NCBI RefSeq assembly: GCF_006345805.1
Contig: NC_042997.1
Coordinates: forward strand, 148,056,001-148,120,000
DNA length: 64,000 nt
DNA from: Octopus sinensis
Taxonomy: Eukaryota
Direction of reading: 5' to 3'
The notes under the pieces are model-generated. The model saw only the letters and a program-made list of their open reading frames with translations, had not been told where the DNA came from and ran no database searches. A program made the translations under genes and the position numbers. Each line of letters begins with the position of its first letter. Position 1 is the stretch's first letter. Below are positions 26,368 through 39,032 of the stretch, piece by piece.

Positions 26368-26831
26368 CATCAACATCATTGTTCGACCGTGGTCGAGACA
26401 ATGGAATTTACCATGCTACGCTAGACTTCACGGTCCATCATGGCATTACGGAGGTCCTGTTGCTGGATGCCTGTATCCCTGGAGATTACATCAGGGTAGG
26501 AGAGTGTGCGCCCTCTGGTATTGCGAGTAGATGGCTTCCAGAGGAGAAGAGTAGAAATTACTTCTTTTTATAGCTCTACAACAATGTCCAGCAAACTGGA
26601 CTCTCCTACCTTTCACAAGAGATGACACAGGTGGTCATTTCCCATATATTTGCATTTTGGTTGGATGGCGCTTCCACGAGAGATTTTGAGCTCTCATAAG
26701 GAGGCGAGTGTAGGTTCCATCCAACCGCCTCTCAAGCTTCTTTGATAGCGTCCAGGTTTCTGAGCCATATAGTAGAATTGGTTCGACTGTGGCTTTGAAG
26801 ATTTCAAGTTTGAAGTCTCTACTTAGATTTG
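26368..26831 (-). mobile_element. RTE-like LINE 3' fragment with target-site duplication
   Basis: ETWTLSKKLERRLDGTYTRLLMRAQNLSWKRHPTK, a (TGA)-type tail, and flanks ATGACCCAAGTCTTGAACGCTT (26346-26367) and ATGACCAGATCTTGAACGCTT (26832-26852). Confidence 0.85.
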
Positions 26832-27129
26832 ATGACCAGATCTTGAACGCTTGGTTGTGTTCTTCGCTCTACATGTATAATGCAACATGGAGACAACTTT
26901 ACAAAACTATTAAAATCTGATTCTTACTATATTTATTCTCACTCCAGACTGACGCTGTATAATATGTCATATATGCGTGCATAGACGCGCATACACAGAA
27001 ACACATGCGCTCAGACACACATACAAGAACAGACAGGCACATGTGCGTTCACATACATGCATATAAGCACATACATACACTCTTGTGCTTCACTCACAAA
27101 TACACGGATACACACGTTAATGTGTGTAA

Positions 27130-27960
27130 GTTACAATAAAAGCAATTTTATATTAAATTGAAGAATTTACTCAATCGATTTGGTAGATAAAAATTTATTA
27201 TTCTTCGACATGAATAGTATTGACAATGACGTCGAAATTTCTGCCGGCTCAGCCATCATCAAAAGTAAAGCGTGACTTTTTATCGTTACTGTTAAATTGG
27301 AATATTCTTGGTTAACATAAGTTCTGTTGAATGATAATTAGGTGGCCTGGTATATTGTGGTAGCAATGTGGTTTAGATAAGTTCCATTGATTAAATTTAA
27401 GGAAGAGCTAATTGTTAGAAGTTATCAATGCCGGTAAAGCTTTTTTAATCAACTGTGTATGTTGAAGTGCGTCAGCTTCAGGTCATTATAGTTCGCAAAA
27501 GAGAGAAGTTAGGCTTTGCATTGTGAGCAGCGTCCTAATTCTTCTATCCATGTTCTTTAGCTGTTTCTTTTATGGGTAATTATTGGTTACTCTGCTAATC
27601 CATGATGTTTGTTCTCTATCTGCTTTGTATGTTCAGCATAATCACGTTCAGTCTTACACTAAGTTTCCAGTTCCAGCTGGGATATTCACTGCCTTTTCAC
27701 GGGTAATTTTTTTTTCGTCTAGGCTAGGATTCTTTGCCCAGTGATAGAGAACATGTCTTTCTCAATCCGAATTTTATGCATTCTTTTCCGGTATCCTAAC
27801 TTGGTGCGCTCGGTTTTGTAATAGCATTCCGCCACAATTCTATTGTCGTTTGGAAACAATTTTCTCATAACCATTGCAGCACAATTTGAATAATGACAAC
27901 ATACACCCTACTGCCCAGTGGGGCACTTGCTGTACAAGAGATCTTCATTCGGGGTTAGAG
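27130..27960 (-). mobile_element. Old Penelope-like 3' remnant
   Basis: Degenerate GIY-YIG-like CCNG..RAHQVRIPE near 27790-27885, and a decayed hammerhead-like (T)TGATGA..GAAA..GTC at ~27220-27265. Confidence 0.4.
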
Positions 27961-28123
27961 TCAAGGGAACGTGTTGATTTTTATTTGGTATTACACTCAT
28001 AAAGCGATATATGGTTGTGAGGTGTCACAACCACCAGTGCTTTTATAGAGTCATTGTCACTACAAGATAGCCAGCCGTGTAGATTGATCCCCCTTGCAGA
28101 CATTCCTTTTGTTCTTGTGATAT

Positions 28124-28161
<38 letters not shown>

Positions 28162-28403
28162 GCTCTTCTGAGCTTTTTGTATGTATGGCTGTTAACTCCT
28201 CAGTTCATCCACCCTTAGCAAGCTGCCTGAATCGTTACCACGCCACATACATGCCTAGTTGCATTTCGATGGTCCTTATGTTCTGACCCCAAATTCTGCC
28301 AAGGTTGAATTTTCGGTGTCGATCACTTGAAACGATATAATCGACTTGTGCTTACCACAAGAAAAAAATCAGGTCTTGCGCCTATAATACAAACGATTTT
28401 TAA

Positions 28404-28635
28404 GGCGGTGAGCCAGCAGAATCTTTATCGCGCTGGGCCCAATGATTCGCAATGTCTTGCCCGTCGCTATGTTCTGAGTTCAAATTCCACTGAGTTCTAT
28501 TTTACCTTACATCATTTTGGGGTCTATAAATTAAGTACCAGTGAAACACTGGGGTCGATTTAATCTATTTCTCCCATCCTCCAAAATTTCAAGCCTTGTG
28601 CCTCCAATAGAAAAGATTATTATTATTGTTATTAT
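28404..28635 (+). mobile_element. Nin-domain-type SINE with (ATT)n tail
   Basis: GGCGGTGAGC head, GAGTTCAAATTCC, AAATTAAGTACCAG..CTGGGGTCGAT. Confidence 0.8.
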
Positions 28636-28949
28636 TCTTATGTTCAGTGAGTTGGTGCACTTAAAGCTACAACTAATTCCGCTGCTGCTTTACTGCTGCT
28701 TTACCAAAAATATTTTAGGAGGAAATGATTTTGTGAATAGTGCTTTTGAATAATATCTGTCATCTCAGTTCAATATATTGAGTGAGTCAATGTTTCAGAA
28801 ATTTTACATGTGAAGAAATATCATTTGTCTTTCCTGGAGCATGTGTTTGAAATACCGTATTCTAAAAATAATTTAAGACAAACGATACAAATATCTCATA
28901 TCCTCGATGCAGTTTAATTTCCGATGTATTTCTCACACTTTGCATACCA

Positions 28950-30000
28950 TTTATGCTCAATGAAATATGCATACTAGCATTCCCTGAAATATAACCCTCT
29001 TTTTATCCCTCACCTGAGACTTGTACCGAAAGAGATTCCGTTAATACTCATATAAAGAAAATGAGAATAGGTTTAAGGCAAAGGAAATAATATTTGTTTT
29101 GGAACATCGGATCACGAAGCACATAAATTTAAAAATAATAGCACGTAAATATTGGGTTGTAAAACCCCTTTTGAATAGAAAATGTGTAAGGCCGCCCAAG
29201 GTAAAACACCTGTTATTTTTACAGGAGGCGTAGGATCGTGTTCCACGAGCAGCCTTTCTATCCGAAAATGTCTTTTTGACCCAATAGATACTTGCTATTA
29301 TTTATAGCTTTATGTACTTCGCGATCCATTATTCCAAAATTTATTATTTTTCGAAAGTTTATATATTATTATTATGATAAGAAAATTGATGGAGTTTGAC
29401 ACCTAGATATAAAACCCAATGTTTTTCAAATCTCATCTTAGTGTTCACTCAGATATAGATTTTAGCACGTCTAACCAAATGCAAGACGTTTTGGCTTGCA
29501 TAGTACACCCTTGGTCATAATTCAGCTCATGCCGTAGAGCTGGCTAATACTTATTGTCACTAAGTAAGATGTTTTTCAAACAGAAGTACAGCATTGAAAG
29601 ACATCACACAAGAAATGTTAGAAAGTACATTTAAATGCTTCCATATTTTCTTTGTTGGAACATTTCGAGCGAAAGTAGTGTTTTTGTTCAATGCATGAGG
29701 ATAGCAATTGTTCAGTAGAAAATATTTTTCATAAACGAAAAATTTGCACAAGAAAAATACTTTAGAATAAGAATCTAAAACAACGAATTGAATCGGGGAA
29801 AAGAAAAGGAAAAAATAAAACCCTTGAACATTTCAGTCACTTTATTGTTGAACAACAACAAAAAAATAGTAATTTAAATCTGAATTAGTTTTAACAACAT
29901 CTATATATTTTTTAAAATCCCTAAAATTAAAAAATCTGCAATATATATTGGCTTAACCAAGTCATAAAGCCTATCTGCAATAAAAACTGTAATTGAATTT
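28950..30000 (-). pseudogene. Near full-length decayed intronless class-A GPCR (FMRFamide-receptor-like pattern)
   Basis: In order over ~1 kb: FLILGILKNI*MLL (TM1 GN), TIFLLL..VTEMF (TM2), LCKFFVYEKYF..TTFARNV (TM3), IIIIIYKLSKK (TM5), KITGVL..LQP (TM6), FLYMSIN..GLYFREC (TM7/helix 8). Confidence 0.55.
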
Positions 30001-30849
30001 TATTTTCAATCTGCAGCTGAGAAACGTAATTTGACATTTTCATATTTTAAAGTATATTACGATGAGTGATATTTCAGAAAATGGCATTTATTTTTTCTTT
30101 TATGCCTCTGTAAGAGCTTCTACCTCGTTACAATTCTGAGATTGTATTTATCTACTTTAAGTGAAGTTCCTCTCACAATTTTTGTTTGGCGGAAGAATTA
30201 GTACAATGCCTTAATTACGGATAGTTTTATAGTCTGAAGCAGTGGCAATACGAGTAAGTTATATTCAGGATGTTGGAGCCTTTAGAATCGTTGAATCTTA
30301 CGATTCGTACTAGAGAACACTATGTTATATAGAGACCTGTCAGTTACGGTGTTTAAACCAATGACATTGTATCTGACCATTGTGCTGGCATGAATACTGA
30401 GGCTTGATGATTCGAGCGTCATCAATCTGGACATTATATATTAGTGCTGGATGCATATGTTGACCCGGTTGTTTATTTACATAACAACAAAGAAATTGTA
30501 TAATATACTTACTGTTTTATAAACAATATTTCGGGATTAATAAATATTTTAATATGCTTAGTTTTACGCAAATATAAATATCAGTAATCTACTTTACTGA
30601 AATTATTGATGTCAATATTATATTTCACTAATATTAACATTACATTGTATATATCCATGTTTGAAAAGCAAAATATTGACTAGCCACAGATACAGTGATA
30701 TTCAAAAATTAACCAAACTCGATGTCATTTTTGTATTCGAGTTTAGATCATCGATGAAATTCAGTATAAACCATATGTTAACTTGGTTATGCCTATAGGC
30801 GTGAATGTGTGTGTACATGTGTTGAAGCATATATATATATACATACATA

Positions 30850-31055
30850 TAAAGTATATCCAAAACAACGACTAACGAACAAAAAAAGAATAACGCTATG
30901 ACGTGGTACATCTAAAGTATTAGCAGACGCTCAGGGAAGGAAAAAAAAAGATGGTTTAACATTTCGAGCAAAGCTCTTCTTTAGAAACAGAGGAAAGTCC
31001 AATAGAAAAGGAAGACAGAGGAAGAATTCGTCAACGATTCACATGTGGTTACACA
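30850..31055 (-). mobile_element. Penelope-like 3' pLTR fragment with degenerate minimal hammerhead
   Basis: Minus strand GTTT-CTAAAGA-A-GAGC-TTT-GCTC-GAAA-TG-TT-AAAC (30988-30954). The flanks resemble 63560-63665. Confidence 0.7.
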
Positions 31056-31095
31056 CTGAGACACACACACACACACATAGGTATACGTATATGTA

Positions 31096-32365
31096 CGAGG
31101 GGCGTTCAATAAGTAATGCCCCTGACCCACTTGCAGTTGTTTGATCTAGCTGATATTTTGCATGTGCACATATTTATACCTCTATAGATTAAGTGGCGAA
31201 TTACAGCTCTGAACTAATTGTGGTTTCTGATTTACAGGTGTTTGAACTGAGTCAAGTGTGAAATGGAGCCTGTTGAGTGTCGAGCAGTGATCTGGTTTTT
31301 GTATTTGAAAGGACGCACACCACGGGAGACTTTTGATGAAATGAAAGTAACTTATGGTGATGATGCCCCATCATATGACCTTGTAAAACGCTGGCATTGT
31401 GAATTCAAACATAGTCGGAACTCTGTGGAAACAGCTCCCAGATCTGGTCGCCCCCTTCTGCCGTTGATGAGACGTCTGTCCGTCAAGTTGAGGCTGCCAT
31501 TTTGGAAGGTCAATGCATAACTATTCGCCAAATAGCCCATAAGGTCAAGATTAGTACCGGGTCTGTGGAAACTATCATTCATGACCATTTGCATAGGCAA
31601 AAGGTGTCTGCCAGATGGATTTCCAGGTTGCTCACACCTTTCCAGAAGCAAGAACGCGTTGAGTGCTCGAGGATGAATTTGGAGATGTGCCAAGAAGATG
31701 AGTCAAAATTTTTCAAAAGACTGATCACACAGGATGAGACTTGGGTCCATCACTATGATCCAGAGACCAAAGCCCAGTCAATGCAGTGGAAGCACCGTGA
31801 CTCACCTCCTCCAAAGAAGGCAAGGGTGCAGCCCTCCGCTGACAAGTTTATATTCAGAGTCTTCTGGGACCAGGACGGAGTAGTGATGACAGATTTCCTG
31901 GCAAAGGGTACCACAATTACAGGAGCCTATTATGCTTCACTTTTGAGGAAATTAAGAGAAGCTATCAAAATCAAGAGGCGGGGCAAGATCAGCAAAGGCA
32001 TCCTCCTCCTGCAAGACAACGCTCCGGTCCACAACTCGCGTGTCGCCAGATCAGAAGCACAGGCGTGCAGCTATGAACTCCTCCCTTTGCACCCTCTGAT
32101 TTTCACCTCTTCCCAGCCATGAAGTTGATTTTGAAAGGAAAGCGTTTCCCAGATGATGCAGCCTTGATTTCTGAAGTCACGTCGTGGTTGGAGGACCAAG
32201 CTGGGGTCTTCTACAAAAACGGTCTCCACAGCTGTATCAAACGATGGGAGAAATGCATAACTCTGGGTAGTTCCTATGTAGGAAAAGACTAATAATTGTG
32301 CCAAGTGTCGTTGCTCTACTGCTATAGGAAGTGGGTCAGGGGCATTACTTATTGAACGCCCCTCG
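31096..32365 (+). mobile_element. Mariner (DD34D, irritans-like) transposon, complete ends, inactive
   Basis: Perfect 37-bp TIRs (31096-31132 and 32329-32365) flanked by TA on both sides. Confidence 0.97.
31263..32292 (+). pseudogene. Mariner transposase pseudogene
   Basis: HTH N-terminus, WISRLLT (WVPRLL), QDETW, QDNAP. Frameshift near 31460 and a deletion near 32087 removing the YSPDL motif before APSDFHLFP. Confidence 0.93.
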
Positions 32366-32479
32366 TATATACGCATGTACATACCTATGTATATATGTGT
32401 ATAAGTGTGTGTGTGGATGTGTACGTACATATATACATATACACAGATGTATACACAGATGTAATCAGACTCACATATA

Positions 32480-32990
32480 TATATTAATGTAAATAATGAT
32501 AATTATTATATGTTTCAATTGTATGAGCGTTCACCAAGTATTGGTTAAAGAAAATAGTTAATATTGGATCATAGAAGCCCTCGGCGGAAAAATCTCCATT
32601 TTAGCCGGCTGGAAATAGAACCCACACCTCTGGTATTCACGATAAAGGTGCTACCGATAACACGTTTAGTATTTGTTTATTTGAAGATGAAGAGGTATGA
32701 CTGAGAGAAATAGTCTTTCTTAGGATTTGGTTAATGGTTTTGGCGTGATAGCATTCGATATTGTTTACGCAATTTTGATTTTTTTCCCCCGTTTTCTTAC
32801 TTATAAGAGTTATAGATATTGGATTCCAGATCAAGCGTAACGTCTAGGAAGCTGGCTGACTTTAATCGTGTTTCCACTGTAATAGAGAAGTTTAAGTTTT
32901 GGAAGAATTGATGTAGCAGCATCTTAAATTCATCAGTTTGTTTTGGGGACTGTAATTTCAGTGGTGGCTCTGAATTCTTTATAAAATTTT
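32480..32990 (-). mobile_element. Penelope-like RT/thumb remnant
   Basis: FFQNLNFSITVETRLKSASFLDVTLDL..SSSNKQI..AP matches the PLE RT C-terminal pattern. Confidence 0.65.
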
Positions 32991-33006
32991 TAGAGATAAA
33001 TTTAAA

Positions 33007-33078
<72 letters not shown>

Positions 33079-33280
33079 TATGCATTGTCTGGGAGATTTT
33101 TCTTATAGCAGAAGAAATAACAAAGATTTTTTGGTTGCTATTTCTAAAAGTTCGGCGTGTGGTAAAGTAAATTATTTTACTGAACCCTAATTATATAACG
33201 TAATGTTTTAAATATACCGTAAATGGTCTTTTTACATACTCAACACTACTTGGTAAAATTAATTAATAATTAATTGATTT

Positions 33281-33375
<95 letters not shown>

Positions 33376-33793
33376 CATGCATGTATGTATATATGTGTGT
33401 ATGCACGGTTGTTGCTGATCTGAAGAGGTAACGAATAAGTAACAAGGATGTTATTTATTTGCTTTTTATTAACCTTACTTCGAGCTGTGAGGAAAATACC
33501 GGACTGACTTGGTGCCTCGACTTAACTAGCTAATTCAACTGAACATTAATTTTAAGAAAGTAAGTAGAGTTAGCGGTTGGAATACCAGTCTAAGGAATAA
33601 GAACATCCGTTCTTACAACCGGTATCTATTACCGGTTGTAAAGGTGCAGGAAATAACAGAATAAGCAAGAGTATTTCAGGATCAAAGGTTTTCTCTATTT
33701 TCTGTATGTAATAAAGTTACTTGTAATCACTTTTCTTTTCCAGCATTCTAATTTGTTGCCGGTGTATAATATTAATAATAATAACAATAACAA

Positions 33794-33846
<53 letters not shown>

Positions 33847-33932
33847 TACTACTACTAATAATACTACTAATAATAATAATAATAATAAAAATAATAATAA
33901 TAAAAACAATAACAATAATAATAATAATAATA

Positions 33933-34247
33933 GAACAATACCCGTTGTCATAGGTGCCCTGGGAATAAGAGCGAAAGGAACTGCTTCCTACCTAACTCAG
34001 ATCCCAAAATGGCAGAAATTCAAGAGATAGTGCACATGGGAACTGCCCTTATCCTACGTAAAATACTGTTTATGTAATCACAAATTTTAAAACAAACATA
34101 ATTTTCTTATCTTTTGTTGAACATTCTCTAGAACAATACTTTGTGCAAAACCAAATATATGACACCCTAGGCATAATACCAACTTGAACTTCTAACCTGT
34201 TGGCTGAGACTTGGAGTCAACTTGTACAAATACAAAGCAAAATTCGC

Positions 34248-34250
<3 letters not shown>
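33933..34250 (+). mobile_element. R4/Dong-type LINE 3' end in (TAA)n
   Basis: TIPVVIGALGI..AEIQEIVHMGTALILRKIL, flanked by (TAA)n on both sides. Confidence 0.85.
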
Positions 34251-34309
<59 letters not shown>

Positions 34310-34313
<4 letters not shown>

Positions 34314-34750
34314 CTGAGCAAATATAAAGACCTTGAAATAATAAAAAACTGAGCAAATATAAAGATCTTGAAATAGAAATCAGCAAAATGTGGAAGCTGA
34401 AGACTAAAACAATACCTGTTGTCATAGGTGCCCTGGGAATGATAGCGAAAGGGACTGATTGCTACCTAACTCAGATACCAGGAAACCCCAAAATGGCAGA
34501 AATTCAAAAGATAGTGCTCATGGGAACTGCTCATATCCTACACAAAATACTCTCTATGTAATCCCAAGGTTTAACACAAACTTTTTTTTTTATGTATTAG
34601 ACATTCACTTGTACAACACCAAAAAACCCCCAAATATATGGCACACTAGGCATAACAACAACGTGAACTTCTAACCTGGTGTCTCTTGAAGTCTCTGGGT
34701 GAGACTTGGAGCCAACTTGTACAGACATAAAGCAAAAGTCAAACATAGAA
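34310..34750 (+). mobile_element. R4/Dong-type LINE 3' end in (TAA)n
   Basis: KLSKYKDLEIEISKMWKLKTKTIPVVIGALGMI..KMAEIQKIVLMGTAHIL (RLE C-terminus), followed by (TAA)n. Confidence 0.9.
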
Positions 34751-35379
34751 TAATAATAATAATAATAATGATCTTAACTGATACGAATTGTGATCATGTA
34801 CATGTTTTGTCTTGCATAAAAGATGGGCTTCAGTAAATATTCTACTCAAACACTACAGGTCTGCTTGTCAATTGCTTGACCTTAAGCCGTCAAGCATGTC
34901 CCTTAGTGGGTGATGATATATGAATCTCTGAAAACGAGCAAGTGCAATGGGTGAGCATCTTAGCCATGTGTTGAGAGGAATTCTTTTTGGGGTTTGAATA
35001 GTTCACATCCGGAAACATGGGCGTTTTTCATTATCCTTAAACAACCCTTCCCAATCTGAAGACAATTCTAACTAGTCCCTATCTACCAAGGTCATGCGCT
35101 GTTTATCTTCACATTAGGTCACCATGTTCACGCACGTATGGTAGTTATAATGATGGGTAGTCATAATGTGTGTATTGAGCTTCGTATATTTTTACCCCAC
35201 TATCATTTCGATGGCATGCTCTCTTACTCAATAACAATGATAATAATAACGTTCACTGGACACTGTTTGAGAATTAAAAGTTCACTGGTGACTGTGTGAA
35301 AAATACGGGTTCTCAAGATACTGTGTAAACTACAGAGCCACTGAAGACTGAGAAAACACGATCTGGACAGAAGACGGTA

Positions 35380-35700
35380 ATGTTTAAAAGCAAGGACAAT
35401 GAATGTAACATCTCGTGGGATTTTACAATCCAGTCTGATTTTCTAATTGATGCTCGGAGACTAGACATTGTTGTGGTAACTAAAAGAAACGCTTATAGAT
35501 GACAAAGAGCTGAAAAAGATTTTAAAATACAGACTTCTAAAAGACGAAATTGCAAGAATGTGGGCAATCAGGAGAGTAATTATTATCCCAGTAGTTGTAG
35601 GGGCACTTGGAAAACTAGCAACCAAGTTCTGGAAATATGTCGGAGAAACTGGAATTGACATGAAGGCAGAGCAATGCCAAAAACTGCTCTATTGGGATAC
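35380..35700 (+). mobile_element. Older R4/Dong-type RLE domain remnant
   Basis: ISWDFTIQSD..ARRLDIVVV..KYRLLKDEIARMW..IIPVVVGALG (PD-(D/E)xK RLE pattern). Confidence 0.8.
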
Positions 35701-35759
35701 TTTGATGTCGGTACTTTGATGTTTAATATCTTCTACGATAGTTAACAACTACATATTAT

Positions 35760-36330
35760 CGAACCGGTAGCACTGCCAGGCCAAGGACATCTGGAAATTA
35801 TCCATGATAGTTTCTGACCGGAAAGTTCTCCGGAAGACACTAGCCAGTTTATTTTCGTCGGCACCCAGTATCTCCCGGAGAACGTCATTGCACTTTTCTG
35901 CCACTAATCCTCTAACAATTTCTAAAGCGGAACATACACCGATCCCATTACCCGACTGACTGACGGGTGTCAGCGCCAGACGACAGTCTAGGTGCCAGGC
36001 GCCCAATCTCGGTCTTTTCATCACCCAGGACTGCAGCTCCGTAATAAGCGCTGCGGAATGGCGAGTTTCACAAACGGAGCCCACACACACTCACCGACCA
36101 GAAATCGTTGCGGGTGGCATAACCTAAGAGCGTATCTGCGCTTTAGGTACCACGGCATTCCTAATGCGTCCCTTCCACAAGAATTTGTATGAGACACTCC
36201 AGCCTGGTCAAGCAGTAGCTGCGACAAGGCACGACAGTCAGGCGATAAATGATAACATAGGCGATGTAGATATTCACCACCTTTTCCCGACTATTCCGGG
36301 ACAGCTTCTCAGCCAAATAATTATAATAAA
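35760..36330 (-). mobile_element. Tx1/L1-clade LINE internal fragment
   Basis: GC-rich island. DALGMPWYLKRRYALRL (GGLG-like motif) and ILGADENKLASVFRRTF..MDNFQMSLAWQCYR resemble the post-RT region of Tx1 elements. Confidence 0.6.
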
Positions 36331-36459
36331 ACCCCGTGTGTGTGTGTGTATGTATGTGTGTACGTGTACGCGTGTTTGTGAACTTTGAAAGAGCTTGTGA
36401 GTGAATTTCGTCTTTCGTTAGTGATCAATAAATTAAGTATCCATGTTGTACTACTGTCG

Positions 36460-37167
36460 ATTCATGCGAATTTTCTCTCTAAAATTTGACTTTTACTCAT
36501 GCAACTAAATTTTCATTAGGCCAGATATTTAGGCAACTATATATATTCCAAATCGCTGACAATCCGCATAAACATCAAGTTTATTGGAGTTTTCTAGCGA
36601 AATAGCAAATCATTTCATCAGAATATGCGATCTTATATGTACTGTAATCTCTAATTGAATATATAACGCTTATTTAATGCACAATTTGAATATCAGATGT
36701 AGAATAGGATAAATTCTGAAGAAGAGAAGCAAAATTTACCTAACCTAATTTCCGTGCCCTATTGAATTAGATTTATACTTTTCAAAGTTAATATATCAAA
36801 CAAATTTGTAATTAATGTTTCGCTACCTTCCATAAAATTTCCTTCTACGTTTGTCAAATACTAAATGCAACAAGTAATATCATTTGTCGTAAGTGAAATT
36901 GAATTCCCTGACGTTAGATGAGTATGATATATTTAATCTTAAAACACAGAACAAACCGAGGAGAGATTTACGTTATGAAATATATTTGATTGTATATGTC
37001 GTGTCATTTATGCATCTCCTTGAAAAGTTATGAAGCAGTAGTTTGAGAATACAAATTTTTAATGCCAACAATTTATAGAACAATAAAACACAAATTTTGA
37101 AACAGTTGTTTTTATAGAATACTTCTGAAATGTACAGGGGATAGAAAAAATTTATATAAATTATCAA
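36460..37167 (-). pseudogene. Candidate decayed class-A GPCR (ICL2-TM7)
   Basis: YINFFYPLY..CFKICVLLF (ICL2/TM4), MILLVAFSI..ILWKVAKH (TM5), NIYSCLN..KF*RE (TM7/helix 8). Confidence 0.4.
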
Positions 37168-37849
37168 TTCTGCAAAGGGAAGGTTGACAGTAACTTCGAA
37201 AGTTCGCTTTGCTCGCTTCCAGAAAACTACTTTAAGTCTTTACAGGGGATGTTTTTGGTGTTAGTCATTGTGGGCAGTAGATAGTGCAATATAATTGATA
37301 ACTAGATGTGTTATACATAGATCAGAGAAGAAGTTATGTAGGAAAGTGAGTGAGGATAATATAAAGAATCTGTTTGCTGGGTATGAGTTGTTAGAAATTT
37401 ATGGCGAGGAAATTATTCCTATTTGATAGTGTATTTTATTATTGTTTAGGGAATAATCAATCAGGTATGTCAAATTCACATCAGGATGTTATTTCCATGG
37501 AAATTGCAGTTTTAGTGTTTTAAGGTGCATAAAAGAATATCTAAAGATAAATCAGTCGGGCGCACCCTATAAGTAAGGCATAAGTTTGAAATTATATAGG
37601 TGCTATTAGATATCTTTTAAGAAATTTTAAATTTATCTTATTCTGAAGGTCTTTATACATACACACGCACAGACATACACGCACCCAATACAGACAGACA
37701 CACACACATATTTATATGCGCATATCCGTAGGTATACATAAAAATATATTTACATATACATATATAAAAAGATAAACGTTGGAGTAAGCTACAGAAGTAT
37801 TTTGTATGGCAAGAAAAAGATGATAAATGTGCATGAGAGATTGTCATAT

Positions 37850-38300
37850 TTAGATTTTGAATAAATTTATAGACCTCAAAAGTCTTGTAGTTTTGAAAAT
37901 TTGATGTTTGCAGGAAGAGAGTAACTCGGAGTTTTGTTTGAGTATGTGTGCCTTAATTTGTGTATTAATATATGTTTTTTCATTTGTTATAATTCTATAG
38001 TGTAGGGATTCTAAGGTTTGGTGTTCGATTGGTAAGGCTGTAGCAGGAATGGCTTCTTTCAATTAATGACTAAATTGGGTTTCTTTAATCTTAGTACCCA
38101 TATGCGTTTAGGAAATGAAGTGTAGTTTTCATGTTTGGTTTGCAAAATAATATGCGTGTATTGGTTTATCAGGTTTTGAATTGCTTTGCCTTTAATCCTA
38201 TATATTTTGTTGTATTGTGGTGTTCGTGGTTACAGTTTCACTATAGAAAATGTTACTCGTGAGGCAATTCCTGTTTAGTGGTTAAACCGAATGGATGTTG
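37850..38300 (-). mobile_element. Old Penelope-like GIY-YIG remnant
   Basis: PLNRNCLTSNIFYSETVTT, KYIGLKAKQFKT, and SELLSSCKH at the end. Confidence 0.6.
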
Positions 38301-38671
38301 CTGTTGGTATTAGTTTAACGCAAACTTTTACGTTGACTCTTTGTTCCCACTTCCTGTCCATGAAAACTATGGCAGACTACATATATGCTGGTATATCTGC
38401 GACTTACAATAGGGACAGTCACGGGAAAATTGCGGCCTTCCGGATATTTTAACGGCACGCTTTTAGAAAAGTTACCTTGAATGTTTGTTTTAGTGTGCAG
38501 CCATACTGTTTCCGAGTCATGTCTCATATGGCCAGGTTCTCAAAAGTTGCCCATACCTGCTTCACGGGATGCTCTTTACTGAGTACCCGAAGAGGCCAAA
38601 GTGAATTTTGAGGCGACCTAAATACACATCCATACATCCATACATGCATGCATAGGTACAGATAATCACAC

Positions 38672-38718
<47 letters not shown>

Positions 38719-38758
38719 ACATAAATATATATATATATCCATGTGTGTGCGCATATAT

Positions 38759-38983
38759 CTTTCTTTTCTCTTTAACTTGTTTCCAATCATTTGACAGCGA
38801 CCATGTTGGAGCACCGCCTTTAGTCGAGCAAATCGACCCCAGGACTTATTTCTTGCACTCTAGTACTCATTCTATCGGTCTTCTGCCGAACCGCTAAGTT
38901 AATGGGACGTATACACACCACCATCGGTTGTCAAGCGATGTTGGGGGGGGAACAAACACAGACACACAAACATATACACACAT

Positions 38984-39032
<49 letters not shown>

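Noticed and set aside
33420-33462. CTGAAGA-GGTAAC-GAAT followed by a hairpin
   Set aside because: GAAA is incomplete and there is no stem I complement.
33613-33641. Perfect 12-bp inverted repeat TTACAACCGGTA/TACCGGTTGTAA
   Set aside because: Real, but short and isolated. No function can be supported, and a bacterial-type terminator is not relevant in this eukaryotic context.
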